Assembly (NCBI RefSeq): GCF_006345805.1 | Contig: NW_021834879.1 | Span: forward strand, 1 to 42,691 | Length of the DNA: 42,691 nt | Reading direction: 5' to 3' | DNA from: Octopus sinensis | Lineage: Eukaryota | Shown here: positions 35,680 through 42,691 of the stretch, in pieces | Position numbering within the stretch: position 1 is the first letter of the stretch | Layout of the letters: every line of letters begins with the position of its first letter | Position numbers and translations under genes: made by a program | The notes under the pieces: model-generated | The model's input: only the letters and a program-made list of their open reading frames with translations | The model's database searches: none | What the model was told of the DNA's origin: nothing

Positions 35680-35862
35680 AACAATGGTTGAAAAACTTTG
35701 AACTAAAAGTTGAAACGGAAGGATTGATACTCGCTGCAAAAACCAATGCCTGACCAAGAAATAATGAAAAGGGGCCATAACATCAATGTGAGGAATGTGC
35801 AACCAGCACAGTGAGACACTTGACCACATCATCTCTGGTTGTCCAATCCTGAAATTTTCGCC
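35680..35862 (+). mobile_element. Non-LTR retrotransposon C-terminal zinc-finger fragment (R4/Dong-like by motif)
   Basis: QWLKNFELKVETEGLILAA..NQCL...MCNQHSETLDHIISGCPIL. The WL..ETEG.I.AAQ motif followed by C..ET..HI.SGC is typical of RLE-type elements. Clade assignment is from memory. Confidence 0.6.
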
Positions 35863-36030
35863 TGAAATATTGGGGGAGGGTTCCAATTGATTACATCGAC
35901 GCAAATTTTTTCACTGGCACTTAATTTATCGATCCCGAAAGGATGAAACGCTAAGTAGAATTCGGCAGAATTTGAACTCAGAATGTAAAGAAGAACGAAA
36001 TACTCTTAAGCATTTTATTCGGCGTGCTAA
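35862..36030 (-). mobile_element. SINE family A, diverged copy
   Basis: ACTTAATTTATCGATCCCGAAAGGATGAAA...GGCAGAATTTGAACTCAGAA. Confidence 0.8.
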
Positions 36031-36068
36031 AGATAATAATAATAATAATAGTAATAATAATGATGATG

Positions 36069-36116
<48 letters not shown>

Positions 36117-36135
36117 TAATACAATAACAATAATA

Positions 36136-36345
36136 CTCTTTTACTATTTTACTTGTTTCAGTCATTTGACTGCGGCCATGCTGGAGCACCGCCTTTATTC
36201 GAGCAAACCCACCCCAGGACTTATTCTTTGTAAGCCTAGTACTTTTTCTATCGGTCTCTTTTGACGAACCGCTAATTACGGGGACGTAAGCACACCAGCA
36301 TCGGTTGTCAAGCGATGTTGGGTAGGAAAAAACAGACACACAAAC
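36136..36345 (-). mobile_element. SINE family B, 3' half
   Basis: GTTTCAGTCATTTGACTGCGGCCATGCTGGAGCACCGCC...GGTTGTCAAGCGATG. Confidence 0.88.
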
Positions 36346-36371
36346 ACACACACACCACACACACACACACT

Positions 36372-36422
<51 letters not shown>

Positions 36423-36506
36423 ATATATATATAATGTATGTTATATATTATATATATAATAGTGTGTGTATATATATATATATAATATTATACACACATA
36501 TATATA

Positions 36507-36550
<44 letters not shown>

Positions 36551-36577
36551 TATATATATATATATATATATAATACA

Positions 36578-36755
36578 TTAATCCAAACAAGAAACAGAAA
36601 AAAAGAGAAAAAACACAGCAACGCAGGACGTGGAACAATAAAGTATTATTGACGCTCAGGAAAAGAAGGGAAGGACGCTTTAAAACGTTTCGAGCGGAGC
36701 TCTTCGTCGGAACAAGGAGAAGGAAAGATCCCAAGAAGGGAAAGACAGAGGAAAA
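36578..36755 (-). mobile_element. Penelope-like pLTR remnant (family P1), more diverged
   Basis: Reverse complement of 1520-1675 with substitutions. Confidence 0.7.
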
Positions 36756-37039
36756 AATATTTGAGCTGGTGGTGCTCAAGAGATCACATGTTGAAAGAAC
36801 AGAAGTTGAGAGGTAGTCGTAACATGATTTTTAAAAGCAAGAGAGTTTCAAAAAAGGAATGCGTGTGTGTGTGTGTGTGTGCAAGGATGACAAGTGTGTT
36901 TGTGCGTGCGTGTGTGTGTGTATTTTTGGTGAATAATAAGCAATGACAAAGTCAGCTGTCATAAGGCACTCCTTTATGATTACTAGCTGTTTGTATCAAG
37001 CAAGGTCAAAGCCAGGTCAAAAAACAAAGGGCTATATGT

Positions 37040-38846
37040 ATCATGTGTGTCTGTTGTTTGTAGTGTCTGTGTGTGTGCATGTGTGTGTTCGTGTGTGTAT
37101 GCGTAGAGTGTGGGTGTGTGGCGAGTAACTGCTTAACCTAGTGCGTGTGTGCGTGGGTGCTTGTACGTGCGTGTGTGTGTAGGGATGTATGTGTGGGTTC
37201 ATTTGTGTGAGAGTGTATGTATGTACGTGTATGTGTGTGCGTGTATGTGTGCATTTGTATGTGTTTGTGTGTATGTATGCGTACGCGGTAGGTGTATATT
37301 GTGTATGTATATCTGTCGGTGTGTATGTGAGTTTGTGTGTGTTGGTACGTGTGTATGTGTGTGTGAGTGTATAGTATATATATATGTAAATGTGTGTGTG
37401 TGCGTGTGTGTGTACGTGCGTGCGAGTGAATGTATGTATATATGCGTGCGTGTGTGTACAATGTAGAGGCTTATATGTGTGTGTATATGTATGCGTGTGT
37501 GTATGTATGTATGAGTGTATGTGTGTGTCTATGTGTGTATGTATGCGTGTGTGTATGTATGTATGTGTGTATGTGTGTGTGTATGTGTGTATGTATGTAT
37601 GTATGTGTGTGTGTATGTATGTGTGTGTGTATGTATGTATGTATGTATGTACGTATGTGTGTATGTATGTATTTTTGCATGCGTGTATGTGTGTAGGTGC
37701 GTGTGTGTACATATGTATGTATATGTATGTGTATGTATGTATGTATCTATGTATGTAGTGTATGTATGTGTATGTATGTATGTGTGCATGCGTGTATGTA
37801 TGTATGTGTGTGTATCTATGTAGGTATATATATGTGTGTGTATGTGTGTATATGTGTGTGTATGTATGTGCGTATGTATGTATGTATGTGTGTGTATGTG
37901 TGTGTATGTGTGTGTATGTATGTATGTATGTGTGTGTATGTATGTGTGTATGTGTGTAAGTTTGTGTGTGTGTATGTATGTATGTACGTGTGTGTGTATG
38001 TATATGTGTGTATGTATGTATGTGTGCGTGCGTGTGTGTGTATGTGTGTGTGTATGTGTGTGTGTATGTGTGTGTGTGTGTATGTATGTGTGCATATATA
38101 TATGTTTGTGTATGTATGTATGTGTGTATGTATGTGTTTATACATGTATGTATGTGTGTGTGTATGTATGTGTGTGTGTATGTGTATAAGTGTGTATGTG
38201 TGTAATTGTGTATGTATGTGTGTGTATGTAAGTGTGTGTGTATGTATGTATGTACGGGTGTATGTGTGTAAGTGTGTAAGTGTGTAAGTGTGTGTGTGTA
38301 TGTGTATGTATGTATGTATATGTACGCGTGTGTGTATGTATGTATGCGTGTATGTGTATGTGTGTATAGTATGTATGTGTGTGTGTATGTATGTATGTGT
38401 GCATGCGTGTATGTGTGCATGTGTGTGTCTGTATGTATGTATGTATATGTATGTGTGTGTATGTATATATGTGTCTATGTATGTGTGTGTGTATGTATGT
38501 ATGTAAGTGTGTGTTATGCATGCGTGTATGTGTGTATGTGCGTGTGTGTACGTATGTGTGTATATGTATGTGTGTGTATGTATGTATATGTATGTGTGTG
38601 TGTATGTGTGTATGTATATATATGTGTGTGTGTATGTGTGTGTATGTATGTGTGTATTCGTGTATGTGTGTATGAGTGTGTGTATGTATGTATGTATGTA
38701 TATGTATGTGTTTGTATGTGTGTGTATGTGTGTATGTATGTGATGTGTGTGTTATGTGTGTGTATGTATTGTTGTGGGTGTGTGATGTAGGTTGTATGTA
38801 TGTATGAATGTGTAATGTATGTATGTATGTATATATATATATATAT

Positions 38847-38878
<32 letters not shown>

Positions 38879-38915
38879 ATATATATAATATATAATATAT
38901 ATATATATATATATA
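37040..38915. repeat. ~1.8-kb degenerate (TG)/(TATG) purine-pyrimidine alternating tract ending in (TA)n
   Basis: Direct reading. Source of the 459-aa H/T/Y/I ORF. Confidence 0.97.
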
Positions 38916-38917
38916 TA

Positions 38918-39949
38918 AACTTAACTTAACTTAGAAAGGTTTTTGGCCAGTATTGGCCCAGGCCATGTCTAACTTAATAGCACCACCTGGCGAAGTCTTT
39001 CAGTTCAGGATTTGGGCACCAAGGCCCATTCGAGCAGAGAGTTATTGTTGCGGAGACATATCCGGGTGTGGGTGGTTTGTCCGGTACTGTTTGAAGGAAT
39101 GTGTCCAAAGACTTCTTGAATTTTGTGTGGTCAGTTCTTTTTTGACGTGTCCTGGTGTAATGTTGAAGAGAGCGGGTCCAATTGAGGTGAAATAGTTGTG
39201 CCGTATTGTCGTTATGTGATGCGATTTAGATTTTTGTTGTGGACGGATGGCACGTGGTCCAAGCCTTGGATGCATTTGAAGGTGATGCCAACATCATTCG
39301 GACAGTGCTGATGGAATAATTTTCACTCATACAGATAATGTAGCGTTCACGGCGTCGTTGGAGTGATACAATTTCAGCTTCTCTAGTCTACCCCCAGTAG
39401 TCAAGGTCTGACATGCCATCTATCTTTTTGTGATTGACCTTTGGGGAGCTTCAATTCTCATAATATTTTGTTTTGGTGTGTTAGGGAGACCACAGTGGAC
39501 AGCAGTATTCAAGGTGGGGTCGGGCAAAAGGAGAAGAGAAGGATAATAGCGTGGGAATCTCTCGACTGGAAGGTTCTGAGAATCAGGAACACATTCTGCG
39601 GGCCATGTCAACTTTGCTGCGTATATGTGTAGCCCAGCTTATGTTGTTGTCCACTGTTACTCCCAGGTCTCTGATGTTGTTGGATGCCATGAGAATTTCT
39701 CCAGAAGGAAGAGAGTATGGGAGTTTCAGAGCGCTCCCTTCCAAAGTGGATCAGTTCGAATTTGTCTTCATTTAGCAACATGTTATTCTTTTCCGCCCAT
39801 TGGACAACAGCCAGTAGGTCTGACTGAAGGTTTATTCGGTCATCCACGCCATTGATGACCTTCTGGAGCTTGGAATCATCAGCGAAGGTTCTGATGTTGC
39901 TGTGTTTGATGGTGTCAGTAATATCATTTATGTAGATGATGAAGAGAAT
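38918..39949 (-). mobile_element. CR1/L2-type LINE 3' fragment (RT C-terminal half + 3'UTR)
   Basis: ILFIIYINDI..RTFADDSKL...LQSDL..VVQWAEKNNMLLNEDKFELIHFG...IRDLGV. Ends in a (TAAGT)n tail at 38918-38934. 5' end cut by a SINE at ~39949. Confidence 0.9.
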
Positions 39950-40113
39950 ACGACAGGCTTCTTTCAGGTTCCGTCTACCAAATCCACTCACAATGCTTTG
40001 GTCGGCCCTCGGCTATAGCAGAAGACACTTGCCCAAGGTGCCACGGAGGGGGACTGAACCCGGAACCATGTGGTTGGTAAGCAAGCTACTTACCACACAG
40101 CCACTCCTGCGCC
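39949..40113 (-). mobile_element. SINE family B, 5' half, abutting the CR1 fragment
   Basis: Reverse complement of 22171-22335. Confidence 0.88.
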
Positions 40114-40734
40114 TATACTACTACTACTACTACTACTTCTACTACTACTACAACTACTACTACTACTACTAATAATAATAATAATGACAGCGCCAACAAT
40201 TGGCGGCATACGCTCTTGCTTTAAGTACGATCTGTACATGTAGATTTAAGTGCTTGGAATATCTCCAAAGCGATCGTTAGGTATTTCGCCACTGTTTATT
40301 TCAAATTCTACAAATACTATTTATCTGTAGCTGGTTCCTGGCATGGCGCTCCCTCCTCCCTCCTTCACTGTCTCCATAACAACCGAATCAATTCGAATGA
40401 GGCGAGAATGAAACAAAAAAAAAATAACCAAGAAAGATGTAACTGTCAAGACCATTCGCTCCATTGAACAAACAGGATCCTAGCAATTTACTTGGTATCA
40501 TGTACGTATCATGTAAAGACATTTCTATCGCCTGAATTGGAACGGCACCAAACAAGAAGCACACACTTGATCAACATCAGTGAAGTCAACAGAATATCAG
40601 AGCCTGGACGTGGTCTTTCGCTATGCTAAATATAGCAATCAAAACCGTCCTCAAATCAAAATACCAATCATCTTTAAACAGGATTACATCTTTAAACATG
40701 GTTACACAATGACTGAAAATTCGTGCTCTGATGG

Positions 40735-40845
40735 TTACAGTTTGGCTCAGAATCCTAATGTCGCCGGTTCGATTCCTGGACTTAGCAATGTGTGGTGTCC
40801 TTCAGCAAGGTACTTCATTGAAGGTTGCTTCAGACTAGTAGTACT
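40735..40845 (+). mobile_element. Old tRNA-derived SINE (family C), diverged
   Basis: GGTTCGATTCCTGGAC..GTGGTGTCCTTCAGCAAGGTACTT..GGTTGCTT. Confidence 0.5.
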
Positions 40846-40854
40846 TTCTTACAG

Positions 40855-40985
40855 CACTGGCCCGGAAAGAATGAAGTCAAGCATTGTCGTCGGTGTGATT
40901 TGAACTCAAAGTTAAGAGATCTGGATTAACTACTACAAGGTATTTTGTCGTACGAGCTAACTTTTCTTCTAATCTGTTCGTCGGC
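40855..40985 (-). mobile_element. SINE family A, very diverged copy
   Basis: CCCGGAAAGAATGAAGTCAAG..GATTTGAACTCAAA. Confidence 0.5.
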
Positions 40986-41091
40986 GCGGCACCATTTTGA
41001 AGATTTTGTTACTATTTTTAGCATATTAAGTGTTTTCGCTCCAGAACGGCGTTAACAAAGGAAACTTATGATGAAAAGACTTTCCTTGGTG

Positions 41092-41215
41092 GTGACCACC
41101 ACGTCCATTAAAAAACGCACTGAGACCACCACGTCTATTACAAGACGCAGTGAGGCCACCTCGTCTATTACAAGACGCAGTGAGACAACCACGTCTATTA
41201 CAAGACGCAATGAGT
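41092..41215 (+). repeat. 30-bp minisatellite, 4 copies
   Basis: Unit ACCACGTCTATTACAAGACGCAGTGAG(A/G)C(C/A). Confidence 0.9.
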
Positions 41216-41611
41216 CTGAACTAAATCATCCAACGAGTATTTGCCTAACTTTTATGCGGTAGATTGTGTTTTAGGGGAGATTTGGCTGCTATTTCTCCTA
41301 GATTTGTATTACCACATAGCCGTTCACATTATTGTTGTCTTAACTGCTGGAATGTTTCATGATCAAAGACATTTGGTCCATGAAAATGAATTCTTTCTTT
41401 AGCGATCAAGTTTCTTTTTGTCTGCTGTCTCTCAATCAAAGATCAACGAAAGCCTGGGGTTGATAGATGTAATTACAAACAAGTAGTCAATATTCTCTGT
41501 CTGACTGTTTATTTGTTTGTTTGTCTTTCTATCTGTCTGTCCCTCTCTCAATCGTACACACATATCCACATATTGCCTATCAGGTTTAACTACAATATAC
41601 TTATTTCTTTA

Positions 41612-41820
41612 CTACCCACAAGGGGCTAAACACAGAGTGGACAAACAAGGACAGACAAACGGATTAAGTCGATTATATCGACCCCAGTGCGTAACTGGTA
41701 CTTAATTTATCGACCCCGAAAGGATGAAAAGCAAAGTCAACCTCGGCGGAATTTGAACTCAGAACGTAACGGCAGACGAAATACGGCAACGCATATCGCC
41801 CGGCATGCTAACATTTCTGT
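41612..41820 (-). mobile_element. SINE family A copy
   Basis: Reverse complement of tail, core and B box. Closely matches 19030-19262. Confidence 0.88.
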
Positions 41821-41889
41821 AATATACTGGGTTGCCTCAAGAAATAGTGGAGGATCAAGTAAGGGCTCAGCAACGTTTTCTCAATTAGC

Positions 41890-42290
41890 ATTTTATTTAT
41901 TTTTATTATTTTATTTTATCTAGTTTCAGCTCACGAGCTGTGGCCATGCTGGGGCACCGCCATTTGGTGTTGCTACATGATTTTACTTCACGAATGCTTT
42001 TTAGCAATTGCCATTTGGTGCATGAGAGAGTTCGATGCAGCTGCCCTCATCTGCACCTTCTGCCGTGAAGCTGGTTCATCTGGGGCACGTGACAGGAAGA
42101 GATCCAGTTTTATTTTAAAGACATCTGCATCCACCTCAGGTTCTTCGGGAGGATATTGAAGAGCTGTGGGGCCTCTGAAGCCCAGGCTATCACAGTATCT
42201 TGTCCTACATCTTGATGGCAAATTTGGAGTCCTAGGCACTATGCAGTGGCGCCCAGTTCTAGCATGCTGAGAAACTATCCAGAGTTAAAC
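41890..42290 (-). mobile_element. Second CR1/L2-type LINE extreme 3' fragment
   Basis: ORF2 end ...DSLGFRGP..FKIKLDLFLSRAPDEP...AAASNSLMHQ* (stop at 41988), then 3'UTR GGCGGTGCCCCAGCATGGCCACAGCTC..GAGCTGAAAC and an A-rich tail. Confidence 0.8.
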
Positions 42291-42691
42291 ATCTAACACG
42301 GTGGACGTGTGCAGAACGATGTAATGTGCGGTACATTAGAATTAAAAGAAGAAAAATTGCTTGATGCAGGACTAAATGGATTTTCAACATAACAATACAC
42401 AAAACGACGATGACGACGACGACTACGACGTTGGCGATGGCAACGACACCTACATATTGAACACATTTAAAAGTTCTCAGTTATATCGAGGCGGGGGAGT
42501 TCTTCCCCGTAAGTATTCTTCTGCTGTCGTGATGCATCGCAAAATATTTCGATGCGTGACCCCTTTAGCATAGGGGCCAGTTAAAATACTCGGTAATACA
42601 GAGCAGAATTTTCCACGTAGAAATTCTTATTCGAGTCACGCATAAAGTCCATATGACGAGACTAACAGAATCGACAATGGAATCTATAAAT

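Noticed and set aside
37041-38420. 459-aa ORF and overlapping C/V/M/Y or H/T/Y/I ORFs
   Set aside because: Translation of TG/TA microsatellite, which lacks stop codons in these frames. The same applies to the many IYIY/YLSI ORFs across the window.
41092-41215. Palindromic 30-bp repeats as a CRISPR array
   Set aside because: Units are contiguous with no unique spacers, no cas genes, and the context is eukaryotic.

Overview
AT-rich, repeat-saturated eukaryotic DNA. The microsatellite load, tRNA-headed SINE families and Penelope remnants suggest an octopod cephalopod (inference). No intact host gene, rRNA, true tRNA or CRISPR array is supported. Main contents: (1) an apparently full-length ~6.1 kb Tx1/L1-clade non-LTR retrotransposon (7501-13636) with a zinc-knuckle ORF1 and an APE-RT-CCHC ORF2, flanked on both sides by (TATC)n; (2) many Penelope-like pseudo-LTR remnants forming fold-back hairpins, carrying at least six recognisable type I hammerhead ribozyme motifs of several sequence families; (3) a nest of mariner, SINE, Helitron-helicase and mariner fragments (21110-23764); (4) two CR1/L2-type LINE 3' fragments, one sharing its 3' tail with a SINE family in the window; (5) about 20 SINE copies or fragments; (6) an inverted duplication (31014-32535) with ordered, by-eye echoes of an anion-selective Cys-loop receptor, possibly a decayed pseudogene; (7) long TA/TG/TATC microsatellites, which explain most long ORFs in the supplied track. 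All homology calls are by eye from motifs, not database searches.
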